Assembly (NCBI GenBank): GCA_035506175.1
Contig: DATJPZ010000023.1
Coordinates: forward strand, 31,687 to 95,686
Reading direction: 5' to 3'
DNA from: Thermoanaerobaculia bacterium
GTDB lineage: Bacteria; Acidobacteriota; Thermoanaerobaculia; UBA5066; Gp7-AA6
Length of the DNA: 64,000 nt
Positions 8,550 to 18,218 of the stretch are shown in pieces (position 1 is the stretch's first letter; each line of letters begins with the position of its first letter). The notes beneath the pieces were generated by a model. It was given only the letters and a program-made list of their open reading frames with translations, made no database searches and was not told the DNA's origin. The position numbers and the translations under genes are program-made.

Positions 8550-11500
8550 TCAGGCGCCGCGCGGCGGCAGCGCGAGCGCGATCGCCTGGTCGACCGGCAT
8601 CGCCCAACCCTGCATCCAGGCGGCCGCGCCGTCCCCGTCGCTCAACCCGCGGCGCGCCGCCGCGAGGGCCGCTTCGAGCGCGACGCGCTCGCCGCGCGGC
8701 AGGGGCGTCCCCAGGGCCTGGCGCAGCGCCCCGGCGGCGCCGGCCAGACGCAGCGCGGCGTGCGGCTCGCCCTCGCTCGCCGCGCAGCCGGCGAAGCCCT
8801 CGAGCAGGCGCGCGATGCCGCGCTTGTGCCCGAGGTCGCGGAAGATGCCGAGGCTCTCGCCGTAGAGGGCGCGCGCCCGGGCAAAATCCGAGCGGTCGCG
8901 GGCGAGGTTGCCGAGGTCGGCCAGCGTGCCGGCGATGCCCCAGGGGTCGCCGATCTCGCGGAACTCGGCGAGGCTCTTCTCGCACAGGGCCTGCGCCGCG
9001 CCGGCGTCGCCCCGCTCGCGCGCCACCGCGCCCTGGTGGTCGAGCGCCCAGGCCGCTCCGGTCCGGTCGCCGAGCTCGCGAAAGATCGACAGGCTCTCCT
9101 CGTGAAACGCGTGGGCGCGGTCGAAGTCGCCCAGGGCGGTCGCGGCCATCGCCAGGTTGCTCAGCGAGCGCGCCACCGCCGCGCGGTCGCCGAGCTCCCT
9201 CCAGAGTCCGGCGTTCTCCTCGAAGAGCGCCGCGGCCGCCGCCGCTTCTCCGCGCTCGAGCGCCGTGACCGCGAGCGCGTTGCGCGACACCGCGATGCCC
9301 CAGGCGTCGCCCCGTTCCTGCTCGATCGCGAGCGCCTCCTCGAGCGCCGGCAGCGACGCCGCGGCATCGCCCTGCTCGGCGGCGAGGACGCCGGCGGCGA
9401 AGAGCGCCCGCGCGCGCGCCTTCGTCCGCGCCGACGCGTCGGGCAGCGCGAGGAGCTTGCGAAGCCGCTCGCGCCCCTCCGCGAGATGCTCCCGCATCTC
9501 CCAGCAGCGGAAGAGCGCCGCGCCCAGGCGCAGGCCCCAGTCCGCGTTGCCTTCGCGCGTCAGGTAGTCGAGGGCCGCCCGGAAGTTGTCGTGCTCGCTC
9601 TCGAAGCGCTCGAGAAACGCCGTGGGCCCCGTTTCGGGGCCCTCGGTCACCTGCTCTTCGGCCAGGACGAGGCAGTAGGCCGCGTGAGCCCGGCGCATCA
9701 GCGGTTCGTCGCCGCTCGCGACGAGCTGTTCGAGGGCGTACTCGCGGATCGTCTCGAGCATCGTGAAGCGCGGTTCGCCGCCCGAGCGCTCGGCGCGCTG
9801 GAGAAGGCTCCGGTCCACCATCGCTTCCATGCCGCCGAGCACGTCCATCCCGAGATCGTCCTTCGCGTTGCACACGGCTTCCGCGGCCTCGAGCGTGCAG
9901 CCGCCGGCGAAGACCGCGAGGCGCCGGAACAGCTTCTGCTCGGCGGGGTCGAGCAGCTCGTGGCTCCAGTCGATCGCGCCCCGCAGCGTCTGCTGCCGCG
10001 CCGGCAGGTCGCGCGCGCCGCCGGTCAGCAGCTGCAGCCGCTTCTCCAGGCGCACGCGGATCGCGGACGGCGGCAGCAGGCGAACGCGCGAGGCCGCGAG
10101 CTCGATCGCGAGGGGCAGGCCGTCCAGCCGCGCGCAGATCTCCGCGATCGTCGCCGCGTTCTCGGCCGTGACCGCAAAATCGGGGCGCACCGCGGCCGCC
10201 CGCTGCGCGAAGAGCGCGACGGCCTCGGAGGCGAGCGCCGCCTCGGGCGTCACCGCGGCGCGAGCGTCGGGCAGCCCGAGCGCCGGCACGGGGAACTCGT
10301 GCTCCCCGTAGACGTGGAGCGGCGAACGGCTCGTCACCAGGAGCTTCACGCCCGGACCCGCGGCGACGACGTCCGCCATCAGCGGCGCCGCCTCGATCAG
10401 GTGCTCGAACCCGTCGACGACGAGCAGCGTCGGCGTGCGGGCCGAACGGCGCAGGTGCTCCATCAGGCTCTCGGTCGGCGAGAGGCGGCCGCTCTCGCGG
10501 ACGCCGAGCGCGCGCCCCATCGCCATGGGGATCAGGCCGGCGTCGCCGACGGTGGTGAGGGAGAGGTAGTGAGCGCCTCCGGGGAAGCGGGTGGACGACG
10601 CCGCGGCGACCTCGAGCGCGAGGCGGCTCTTGCCGATGCCGCCGGGGCCGGTCAGCGTCAACAGGCGGACGTCCTCGCGCACGAGCAGCGCCCCGACCGC
10701 CGCGCGTTCCCGCTCGCGCCCGACGAATCGGGTGCGCGGCGCCGGCAGCTCGGAGGGCCGGCTTTCGCTCGGACCCGCCGGCGCCGGGGCGTCGACCACC
10801 CGCTCGCGCACGTTGGCGATGTCCCGAGCGAGGTCGCGGGTCGACTCGTACCGGCCCTCCGGGTCCTTGGCCAGGCAGCGCTCGACGATCCAGCACAGCG
10901 GCGCGGGGACGCGGGCGTCGAGCGAGCCGATCGGCGTCGGTTCCTCGCGGATGATCGCCGTCAGCGTCTCTGCCGAGGTCGCGGCCCGGAAGGGCCGCCG
11001 GCCCGTGACCATCTCGTAGAGAACCGATCCGAACGCGAACTGGTCGGAGCGAAAATCGACCGGCGCGCCGCTCGCCTGTTCCGGCGACATGTAAGCGATC
11101 GTGCCGAGGATGACCCCCGAGCCCGTCCTCGGTCCTCCCATCGTCGGCGCCGACGTGACGTCCTCGCGCTTCGCGAGGGCCAGCTTGGCCAGGCCGAAGT
11201 CGAGGATCTTCACGAAGCCGTCGCGGGACACCATCAGGTTCTCGGGCTTCAAGTCCCGGTGGACGATGCCGGCGGCGTGCGCCTTGGCGAGGCCCTCGGC
11301 GATCTGGAGCGCGACCTGGAGCACGCGGCGCGGCGGAAGCGGCCCCGAGGCGACCATCTGGCCCACCGTCTCGCCTTCGACGAGTTCCATCGCGATGTAG
11401 GACACCCCATCCTCGCTGCCGATCTCGTAGATCGTCACGATGTTCGGGTGGTTGAGGGCCGAAGCCGAGCGCGCCTCCTGCTCGAATCGCGCCAGCCGTT

Positions 11501-11654
11501 CGGTGTCCGCCGCGAAGCCGCGCGGCAGCACCTTCAGCGCGACCTCGCGGCCGAGCCGGGCATCCCGCGCCCGATAAACCTCCCCCATGCCTCCCGCGCC
11601 CAAAGGAGACAGCACCTCGTAGGGACCGAGCTTCGTGCCCGCCGGAAGGGTCAT
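8550..11654 (-). CDS. Cytoplasmic Ser/Thr kinase fused to a P-loop NTPase (STAND/AAA-like) and a long TPR array (PknK-like architecture)
   Basis: The kinase carries GAGGMGEVYRARD, HRDLKPENL and DFGLAK. Walker A is LTGPGGIGKSRLA and Walker B-like is TLLVVDGFEHL. The C-terminus has repeated ...A.AL..LG.....GD...A......ESL.IFRELGD... TPR-like units. No TM segment is present. Confidence 0.85.
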   Translation of the reverse strand: MTLPAGTKLGPYEVLSPLGAGGMGEVYRARDARLGREVALKVLPRGFAADTERLARFEQEARSASALNHPNIVTIYEIGSEDGVSYIAMELVEGETVGQMVASGPLPPRRVLQVALQIAEGLAKAHAAGIVHRDLKPENLMVSRDGFVKILDFGLAKLALAKREDVTSAPTMGGPRTGSGVILGTIAYMSPEQASGAPVDFRSDQFAFGSVLYEMVTGRRPFRAATSAETLTAIIREEPTPIGSLDARVPAPLCWIVERCLAKDPEGRYESTRDLARDIANVRERVVDAPAPAGPSESRPSELPAPRTRFVGRERERAAVGALLVREDVRLLTLTGPGGIGKSRLALEVAAASSTRFPGGAHYLSLTTVGDAGLIPMAMGRALGVRESGRLSPTESLMEHLRRSARTPTLLVVDGFEHLIEAAPLMADVVAAGPGVKLLVTSRSPLHVYGEHEFPVPALGLPDARAAVTPEAALASEAVALFAQRAAAVRPDFAVTAENAATIAEICARLDGLPLAIELAASRVRLLPPSAIRVRLEKRLQLLTGGARDLPARQQTLRGAIDWSHELLDPAEQKLFRRLAVFAGGCTLEAAEAVCNAKDDLGMDVLGGMEAMVDRSLLQRAERSGGEPRFTMLETIREYALEQLVASGDEPLMRRAHAAYCLVLAEEQVTEGPETGPTAFLERFESEHDNFRAALDYLTREGNADWGLRLGAALFRCWEMREHLAEGRERLRKLLALPDASARTKARARALFAAGVLAAEQGDAAASLPALEEALAIEQERGDAWGIAVSRNALAVTALERGEAAAAAALFEENAGLWRELGDRAAVARSLSNLAMAATALGDFDRAHAFHEESLSIFRELGDRTGAAWALDHQGAVARERGDAGAAQALCEKSLAEFREIGDPWGIAGTLADLGNLARDRSDFARARALYGESLGIFRDLGHKRGIARLLEGFAGCAASEGEPHAALRLAGAAGALRQALGTPLPRGERVALEAALAAARRGLSDGDGAAAWMQGWAMPVDQAIALALPPRGA

Positions 11655-11817
11655 GATCGCCCGCCGCGTGACGAAGCCTCGCGAGCTCGGGCGAGCGCCG
11701 GGGTAGCGCCGATCCCGGGCGAGTGAAGGCGGCGTGCGAGGGTCATGAGAGAGGACGGGATTCTATCGTCCGCGCTTGCGCCGCTGTGCGAAACTGGCCG
11801 CTCCTCAGGAGGTTCTC

Positions 11818-12324
11818 ATGGATCTGAAGTCGCTCCAGCGGCCCTTCAAGGACCGCTACCGCAGCGATCCCGCGAGCTCCCGGATCACGCTCCGGGCCGG
11901 CGGCGGCCGGACCGAGACGCCGCTGACGTGCTCGGTCGACATCGGCCGCGCGGTCTACGCGGCACAGGCGCACGCCGGCACCGGCGGCCCCGGCACGGGC
12001 GCGTGTTCCGGGGACCTGCTGCTCGGAGCGCTGGCCGCCTGCGCCCAGATCACCTGCCAGCTCGTCGCCGAGGCGCTCGGAATCGCCGCCGATCGCATCG
12101 CCGTCTCCGTCGAGGGAGATCTCGACCTGCGCGGCACTCTCGGCGTGTCCCGGGAGGTGCCCGTCGGGTTCGAAGACATCCGCATCCGCTTCGACATCAG
12201 CGCGCCCAACGCCACCGCCGAGCAGTTGAGGGTTCTGCGCGAGAAGACCGAGCAGTACTGCGTCGTGCTCCAGACGCTGACCCGGCCGCCCGCCATCCGC
12301 TCCGACTGGGGCCCGGCGGCGTGA
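11818..12324 (+). CDS. OsmC/Ohr-family peroxiredoxin-like protein
   Basis: AGGAGG at 11807-11812 sits 5 nt before ATG 11818. Two family-typical Cys contexts are present, GACSGDLLLGALAACAQIT and EQYCVVLQT. Confidence 0.8.
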   Translation: MDLKSLQRPFKDRYRSDPASSRITLRAGGGRTETPLTCSVDIGRAVYAAQAHAGTGGPGTGACSGDLLLGALAACAQITCQLVAEALGIAADRIAVSVEGDLDLRGTLGVSREVPVGFEDIRIRFDISAPNATAEQLRVLREKTEQYCVVLQTLTRPPAIRSDWGPAA

Positions 12325-12434
12325 CCGACCCGCCGGAATCGTCCTCCTTTTCTGGTCGCCCGTCCCGAAAATGTGAATTTTCGTCGCCAAACCGGCGGCA
12401 GACGCCGGCCGTCCGCGTATGTACGAAGCAGCCC

Positions 12435-13490
12435 ATGCGCCTGCTCCTCTCCTTCGTCCTGGCCGCCGCAGCCGCCGCCCCGGCCGCCCTCGCGCAGGAG
12501 CCCGCGGACCGGCGGGGGGCCGTGCAGGAGGAGGCGCTCGTCGAGCGCGTCGTCATTGACGCGCACGTCACGGGGCCGGACGGCTCGGCGATCCCGTCGC
12601 TGACGCCAGCGGACTTTCTCGTGAAGGTCGACGGGAAGCCCGTCCCGCTCGAGTCGGTCGACTGGCTTCCCGCCGGAACGCCCGAGGTCGACAAGGGGGC
12701 TCTCGAGGCGCTCGATCCGTCCGGCGCGGCGGCGGCGTCGCCGGACGTGGCGCCGGGCCGCGTCATCGTCCTCTTCTTCGAGACGGACCACGACCCCTCG
12801 CGCCTGCTCGGCCTGCTCCGCATGAACGCGCAGGCGCGGAAGTTCCTCGCGACCCTCGATCCCACCGACCGCGTCGCGGTCGTGTCCTACGACACGCACC
12901 TGAAGCTGCGCCAGGATTTCACGAGCGACCGCGCGAAGCTCGAGCGGGCCGTTCACGCGGCGATCCGCCGCAACGACGCCGCCGCTCCCGATCCCGAAAG
13001 CCAGCCGTCGCTCGCCAAACGCCTCGACCCGGAAGAGTCCCGCCGCTGCGCCACACCCGAGCGCGCCCTCGAGCTCGTCGCCCGGGCGCTCAAGGAAATT
13101 CCCGGGGGCAAGTCGATGCTCTTCTTCGGCTGGGGCCTCGGCACCGTCGGCGGCTTGAGCGGGCCCAACGCGAGCGAGCAGGCCGCCTGGGCGGACGCGA
13201 TGACGCGCATGGCGGAGGCTCGCGTCAACATCTTCACCCTCGACGTCACGGACGCCGATTACCACTCGCTCGAGGGCTCGATCGAACAGATCGCCGACCT
13301 GACGGGGGGCCGCTACGAGAAGACGCACCTCTTCCCGGATCTCGCGATGGAGCGCGTCAAACGCGCGATCTCCGGCCGCTACGTCCTCGTCTTCGTCAAG
13401 CCGAAGGGCCCGCGGGGCGAGCACACGATCGAGGTCGCCCTCGCCGGGCGCAAGGGCCGCGTCTACGCGCGGCAGTACTACCTCGACTGA
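12435..13490 (+). CDS. Secreted VWA-related protein (resembles the acidobacterial TIGR03436-type VWFA-related domain)
   Basis: ATG 12435 gives the signal MRLLLSFVLAAAAAAPAALAQ. Family-like segments follow: VVIDAHVTGPDGSAIPSLTPADFLVKVDGKPVP, RVIVLFFETD and DRVAVVSYDTHLKLRQDFTSD. Confidence 0.6.
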   Translation: MRLLLSFVLAAAAAAPAALAQEPADRRGAVQEEALVERVVIDAHVTGPDGSAIPSLTPADFLVKVDGKPVPLESVDWLPAGTPEVDKGALEALDPSGAAAASPDVAPGRVIVLFFETDHDPSRLLGLLRMNAQARKFLATLDPTDRVAVVSYDTHLKLRQDFTSDRAKLERAVHAAIRRNDAAAPDPESQPSLAKRLDPEESRRCATPERALELVARALKEIPGGKSMLFFGWGLGTVGGLSGPNASEQAAWADAMTRMAEARVNIFTLDVTDADYHSLEGSIEQIADLTGGRYEKTHLFPDLAMERVKRAISGRYVLVFVKPKGPRGEHTIEVALAGRKGRVYARQYYLD

Positions 13491-13493
13491 GGC

Positions 13494-14564
13494 CTAGCGC
13501 CGCAGCAGCTGCGCCCGATTCTCGCTCTCGGTCGCGAGGCCCTCGGTCTGGAGGAATGCCTTCGCGTTCGCGTCGTCCTTCAGGAACGCCTCCCAGAACG
13601 CGAGCGTGGCGGCGCGCACGTCCTTGAAGATCGCCACTTCGAGATCCGCCGAGACGGGCTTCTTCGGCGTGCTCGCGGGCAGCGGCGCCCCGGGTTCCGC
13701 GGAGACGCCGGTCAGGGTCAGGTGGCTCGCGCCCTGGATGAACACGGCGTACTTGTTGCCCGGCGCCGACAGCTGATACGAGTCCAGCCGCCACGACGCG
13801 TCCTGGTTCTTGATGCCGGGATCGCGCGTGCCGGTCACGACCATCAGCGGCCGCTCGACGGCGGTCCACGACTTCTCGGTCAGCCCCTGCTGGCCGCGCC
13901 CGGGCGGCGACAGCAGCAGGAACGCCCTGGGGATCGGATCGGCGAAGCTCTTCGCCCTGTCTTTCCTCGACACGTCGACGGTCGCCCCGGCGAGCAGCAT
14001 CGCCGCGAAGGCGCCGAAGGACTGCCCGCCCACGCCCACGCGCGTCTCGTCGAGCTTTCCCGCGAGCGCCGGGATCCTCGCTTCGACGGCGCCCGTTGCG
14101 GCGACGATGAACGCCAGATCCCGCACGCGGCTTTCCCACGTCTTCGGATCGGACACCCCGTCGCCCGCCGGCTCGCGCGCGCTCTCGGCGGCCGGATCCT
14201 TCGCGGCGGCCGCCGCGCCGTCGGCATGCGTCGGCGCGAGCACGACGAAGCCGTGCGTGGCCCAGAAACGGGCGAGCGCGTCGTAGGTCTTCGCCGCGCC
14301 GCCCGCGCCGTGCGAGAAGACGATCACGGGGAAGCGCCCGTCGCCGTCGGGGTACGTGACCCGCACCGGCACGTCGCGGTTGCGCGACGAATCGCGCAGG
14401 ATGACCTCGGCGTCCCGCACGACCGCGAGGCCGCTCTTGGCGAGCTCGGCGGCGGGCGGCGGCGCGGGCGGAGCCGGCGCGGGGGCCGGAGCGGGCTTGG
14501 ACGCGCACGCCGCGCCGGCGCCGACCGCGGCAACGAGGACCAGACGAGCGCCGAGCGTTCTCAT
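13494..14564 (-). CDS. Secreted alpha/beta hydrolase (PAF-acetylhydrolase / dienelactone-hydrolase-like)
   Basis: ATG 14564 overlaps the upstream stop (ATGA at 14561-14564). The signal or lipobox-like N-terminus is MRTLGARLVLVAAVGAGAAC. The nucleophile elbow is VGGQSFGAFAA. Another motif is FPVIVFSHGAGG. Confidence 0.75.
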   Translation of the reverse strand: MRTLGARLVLVAAVGAGAACASKPAPAPAPAPPAPPPAAELAKSGLAVVRDAEVILRDSSRNRDVPVRVTYPDGDGRFPVIVFSHGAGGAAKTYDALARFWATHGFVVLAPTHADGAAAAAKDPAAESAREPAGDGVSDPKTWESRVRDLAFIVAATGAVEARIPALAGKLDETRVGVGGQSFGAFAAMLLAGATVDVSRKDRAKSFADPIPRAFLLLSPPGRGQQGLTEKSWTAVERPLMVVTGTRDPGIKNQDASWRLDSYQLSAPGNKYAVFIQGASHLTLTGVSAEPGAPLPASTPKKPVSADLEVAIFKDVRAATLAFWEAFLKDDANAKAFLQTEGLATESENRAQLLRR

Positions 14565-17329
14565 GGCCTGTAGACGAGCGCAGCATATCCGCGGCCGGCC
14601 CGAATGTGGGGCTCGTCGCTGACGATCCATCCGCCCCCGGCGCGAAACGTGACGTTCCGGCCGAACTCCGGGGGAACGAGCCGGTCGAGCCGCACCTCCG
14701 CGCCGACGACGCGCACCGGATCGGGACGGAGACCGCTCCAGGCGCGCAGCCACTCGGCGTACAGCACGACGGGCACGCCCGCGCTCTCGACTTCCGCGCG
14801 ATACGTTTCCATCCGCCGACCGAACTGGACGTCGGCGGGAAGCGCGAGGCTTAACACTCTGTTCAGGTCGAGACCCGGCGGCAGAATCGCGTTCGGCGCG
14901 CCCCCGACGGACCAGAGGTCGAACGGCGACGGCGTGCCTCCCGTCTCGCCGTACCGCGCCGCCGCCGACAGCGTCGCCACGGGCAGGATCCCGAGGAGCC
15001 GCCCGCCGGCCGACCACTGGCTCCAGCCCGAGCCGCCCGTCTGCCCCAGCACTCCCGACGCCTCGGCGTCGACGCCGAAGCCCGACCGGCCGCGCGTGCG
15101 GCGAAACGCCGCTTTCACCGCGGCCATGCCGAGCCCTCGCGTGAACGCGCGGCCGTCGGCGAACGCCTCGACGCGCGTGCCTCCCCCGCCGGCCCTCGCC
15201 TCGATCCGGCCCCACACGAACGGCCGCGACCAGACGGCATCGGCGAAACCGCCCCACCGCTCCTCGTCGAACGCGGGCCTCGGCGCGAGCCCCTGATTGC
15301 CCGGCTTCTCGATCGCCGAGAAGAGCTGCGCGGACAGCGTCACCGGCAGGCCCCGATAGGCCGCCGCGGCGGTGCCGCCCCGCGGTCCGATGGCGTCCCC
15401 CATCGAGCCCGCGGCGAGGTAGTGCAGCCGCCCGAGCACGTCGCCGCCATCGACGCCGACCTGCACCGCGTTGCCCGACGGCGCGAAAACGAAGTCGAGG
15501 AGCGGCCGGATCGCCTGCGTTCGCCAGAGGTCGTACGAGCCCGGCGCCGACACGGCTCCCGACGCCCGGGGAGCCGCCTCGGCCGCCGCGCGCGTCGGCG
15601 CCGGGAACGCGTCGGCCGGCGCCGGCGCGGTGGCGTCGAGCGCGAGGCGCCGGATCGAGACGCCGCGCGCGCCAAAATCGAGGAAGAAGATCGCCCGCCC
15701 GTCCGGCGTCGGCGCCGGATCGAACGCGCCGCCGGTCACGCGCGTCAGCGCCACGGCCGGCGCGCCGCTGTCCGGCTCGGCCGACACGACCGTCCAGACC
15801 CCGCCGAGGGCCGCCGTCGCGTAGAGCCTCGACCCGTCGGGACTCCACGCCGGCGCCCCGACGGGCGCGCCGGCGAGCGCGACCTCCCGCGCGTCGCCTC
15901 CCTCGGCCGGCAGCGTGACGAGCCGCCACCGTCCCGCCGCGTGCAGCAGGGCCGCGATCCGCCGGCCGTCGGGAGACGCGCGGGGGTGGCTCCAGACGGG
16001 CCAGTCCTCCTCGACGGGAAGGCGCGCCGCGATCGAACGGCAGGAGCCCGTCGCGAGATCCACGCGGGCGAGCTCGGACCTTCCGAAGCGCGCCCGCGTC
16101 GCCACCGCCCACGCAGCGCTCGGCGAGGGATCGGCATCGCGCACGTCCTCGCCGCGCGTGACGCGCTCGACCGCGCTGCTCTCGTAGCGCCAGCGATACA
16201 GATCCCAGCGCAGCCGGCCTTCGGCGTCCGGCGCGCGGCGCGCGAAGAAGAGGGAGCGGCCGTCGGGCGAAAACCGCGGGTCCGCGGCCGAAAACCCGTC
16301 CGCGCGCGGCAGCGTCCAGCGCGCGTCGCCGCCTCCGGCGTCGGCCCCCCGGATCTCGAGGAAGCTCCGCCGCGGCGTGGGGTCCCGGCGGACGACGAGC
16401 CACGCGCCATCGGGCGACACGGCGAGGGCGGACGCGCCGCCGTCGAGCTTCTGCCGGAGCTCGCCCGGGGCGAGAACGGAATCGCGAAGGCGCGCGGCCG
16501 CGTCCCGCGCGCCCGCCGCCGTCTCGTCGCGAAAGCGCTCGTAGAGGTTCCCGGGCGCATCGCCGAACACGGCGCGGAACGCCGAGCCGAAGGAGCTCCC
16601 GCCGGCGAGGAGCTCCCAGAGCCGCGTCAGCGCCGGTGCGCCCGCGCGGCCGGCGAGCCATTCGAGATAGGCCGAGCCGACGAGATACGCGATCGACCCG
16701 CCGAGCCACGTGTCGGTCCCGTCGAGGGCGGCGTACTTCGGCAGCGCGTCTTCGAGACCGAGCTGTCGGAGCACCATCGCGCGGTACGCCGAGCCGGGCC
16801 GGCCCGTCCCCGTCAGCGCGCCCTCGACGAGCGTCGCATAGCCCTCGGTCACCCACCGCGGGCATTCGACGGCCAGCGGTCCGAACGGCGCGGGCGAAAC
16901 GCGCAGCGCCAGGGCGAGCAGGCCGCGGCCCGGCCGCGCCAGGTGCGCGACGTGAGCGGTCTCGTGCGTCGCGACGATCTCCATCCAGTCGCCGTACTCC
17001 CCGATCATCGATTCGGAATCGGGCGCCGAAGTCCAGAGGCGCACCTCCGGGCGGTCGAGGTACGGGATTGCCTCCCCGTTGGCGTCGGCCGCCGGGTCGG
17101 AGACGATCACCTCGACCCGCCGCGCGGGCGCGCTGCCGACGTAGGCGGTCACGCGCGCGTGAATCCCTTCGAGGGCCCCGGCCGCGCGCCGGGCCCAGGC
17201 CTCGAACGGCGCCGGGTAGTGGACGCGGAAGTGCTCGGTCTCGACCGTCCGCCAGTCGGCCGACGGCCCCTGCGCCCGCCCCGTGGCGGCGGACAGCAGC
17301 AACGCCCCGACGACGAGGACCCGCGGCAT
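14561..17329 (-). CDS. Large secreted fusion protein: N-terminal peptidase-MA-like domain (HExxH), central PD40/TolB-like repeats, Gly/aromatic-rich C-terminal region (possible Omp85-like beta-barrel)
   Basis: The signal peptide is MPRVLVVGALLLSAATGRAQG. The N-terminal domain has TEHFRVHYPAP and MEIVATHETAHVAH. Five or more ...SPDG... blades follow. The C-terminal 300 aa or so has an alternating hydrophobic/Gly pattern. Confidence 0.7.
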   Translation of the reverse strand: MPRVLVVGALLLSAATGRAQGPSADWRTVETEHFRVHYPAPFEAWARRAAGALEGIHARVTAYVGSAPARRVEVIVSDPAADANGEAIPYLDRPEVRLWTSAPDSESMIGEYGDWMEIVATHETAHVAHLARPGRGLLALALRVSPAPFGPLAVECPRWVTEGYATLVEGALTGTGRPGSAYRAMVLRQLGLEDALPKYAALDGTDTWLGGSIAYLVGSAYLEWLAGRAGAPALTRLWELLAGGSSFGSAFRAVFGDAPGNLYERFRDETAAGARDAAARLRDSVLAPGELRQKLDGGASALAVSPDGAWLVVRRDPTPRRSFLEIRGADAGGGDARWTLPRADGFSAADPRFSPDGRSLFFARRAPDAEGRLRWDLYRWRYESSAVERVTRGEDVRDADPSPSAAWAVATRARFGRSELARVDLATGSCRSIAARLPVEEDWPVWSHPRASPDGRRIAALLHAAGRWRLVTLPAEGGDAREVALAGAPVGAPAWSPDGSRLYATAALGGVWTVVSAEPDSGAPAVALTRVTGGAFDPAPTPDGRAIFFLDFGARGVSIRRLALDATAPAPADAFPAPTRAAAEAAPRASGAVSAPGSYDLWRTQAIRPLLDFVFAPSGNAVQVGVDGGDVLGRLHYLAAGSMGDAIGPRGGTAAAAYRGLPVTLSAQLFSAIEKPGNQGLAPRPAFDEERWGGFADAVWSRPFVWGRIEARAGGGGTRVEAFADGRAFTRGLGMAAVKAAFRRTRGRSGFGVDAEASGVLGQTGGSGWSQWSAGGRLLGILPVATLSAAARYGETGGTPSPFDLWSVGGAPNAILPPGLDLNRVLSLALPADVQFGRRMETYRAEVESAGVPVVLYAEWLRAWSGLRPDPVRVVGAEVRLDRLVPPEFGRNVTFRAGGGWIVSDEPHIRAGRGYAALVYRP

Positions 17330-17398
17330 CGGTTCGGGAGGCTATCAGCGCGAAACCTCCGGTCCGGGCCGGCGTCTCTCCTCGCGACAGGAGGACTC

Positions 17399-18199
17399 AT
17401 GAGACCGTCCGCCCTCACGCCGATCCTGCTCGCGACCCTGCTGCTCGCGCCCGCGACGCCCGCGCTCCTCGCCCAGACGCCCGCCGCGCCTCCGGCTCCG
17501 CCCGCGGCGCCCGAGGCCGCGCCGGAAGCGCCGGAGCCCCCGGAGCCCGCGACGCCGCCCGAGGCGCCCCGCGCCCGGCGGAAAAAGATCGTCGTGGCCT
17601 CTCCCGAGAAAGACATCGTCGTCGACGGCGACCGCGTCTTCATCTCGGGCGACGACGACGAGCTCGAGGACTTCGCGGACCTCGACGGCTTCGACGGCCA
17701 TCCCTTCGCGTTCCGCGAACACGGCCTCGCGGGCGGCGGCTTCATCGGCGTTGAGCCGGTCGAGATGACTCCGGACCTGCGGCAGCACTTCGGCGCTCCC
17801 AAGGACGCCGGCGTCTTCGTCGGCTCGGTCGAGGCCGGCGGTCCGGCCGCGAAGGCGGGCCTTCAGGTCGGCGACATCGTGACCCGCGTCGACGGCGACC
17901 GGATCGGCTCGACCCGCGCGCTGGTGCGCGCGATCCGCCACAAGAAGGGCGGCGAGACCGTCTCCGTCGAGATCCTCCGCAACCGCGCGGCGAAGAGCCT
18001 CACCGTCATCGTCGCGGAGCGGAAGGACCAGGAGGTGCGCGTCGGCGAGCTGCGCGACAAGCGCCGCGGCCGGGACTGGAACTGGGCCTGGAAGACCTTC
18101 GCGCCGCCGCAAGATCTCCCGCCCGACTTCGAGCAGCGGCTCGACGACATGGAGAAGAAGTTGAGGGAGCTCGAGGGCCGGCTGCCGAGCAGCCACTAG
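17399..18199 (+). CDS. Secreted PDZ-domain protein with a Pro/Ala/Glu-rich linker
   Basis: CAGGAGGA precedes ATG 17399. The signal peptide is MRPSALTPILLATLLLAPATPALLAQ. The PDZ core is GVFVGSVEAGGPAAKAGLQVGDIVTRVDGDRI. Confidence 0.8.
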   Translation: MRPSALTPILLATLLLAPATPALLAQTPAAPPAPPAAPEAAPEAPEPPEPATPPEAPRARRKKIVVASPEKDIVVDGDRVFISGDDDELEDFADLDGFDGHPFAFREHGLAGGGFIGVEPVEMTPDLRQHFGAPKDAGVFVGSVEAGGPAAKAGLQVGDIVTRVDGDRIGSTRALVRAIRHKKGGETVSVEILRNRAAKSLTVIVAERKDQEVRVGELRDKRRGRDWNWAWKTFAPPQDLPPDFEQRLDDMEKKLRELEGRLPSSH

Positions 18200-18218
18200 C
18201 CCGCGGGATCTGATAGAA

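Noticed and set aside
8515-11726. ORFs 8760..11726 (+, 988 aa) and 8515..10896 (-, 793 aa)
   Set aside because: They are shadow frames of the kinase-NTPase-TPR gene 8550..11654, with Arg-rich nonsense composition.
17461-17580. Apparent DNA tandem repeat (GCSCCSGAG-like units)
   Set aside because: It encodes the Pro/Ala/Glu-rich linker (PAAPPAPPAAPEAAPEAPEPPEPATPPEAP) of the PDZ protein. This is a compositional coding repeat, not an independent element.
13494-18199. Track ORFs 13494..16865 (-, 1123 aa) and 15422..18199 (+, 925 aa) as single giant proteins
   Set aside because: Only the last 356 codons of the first ORF (alpha/beta hydrolase from ATG 14564) and the last 266 codons of the second (PDZ protein from ATG 17399) look like protein. 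Both have an SD and a signal peptide. The upstream parts are off-frame to the 14561..17329 gene.
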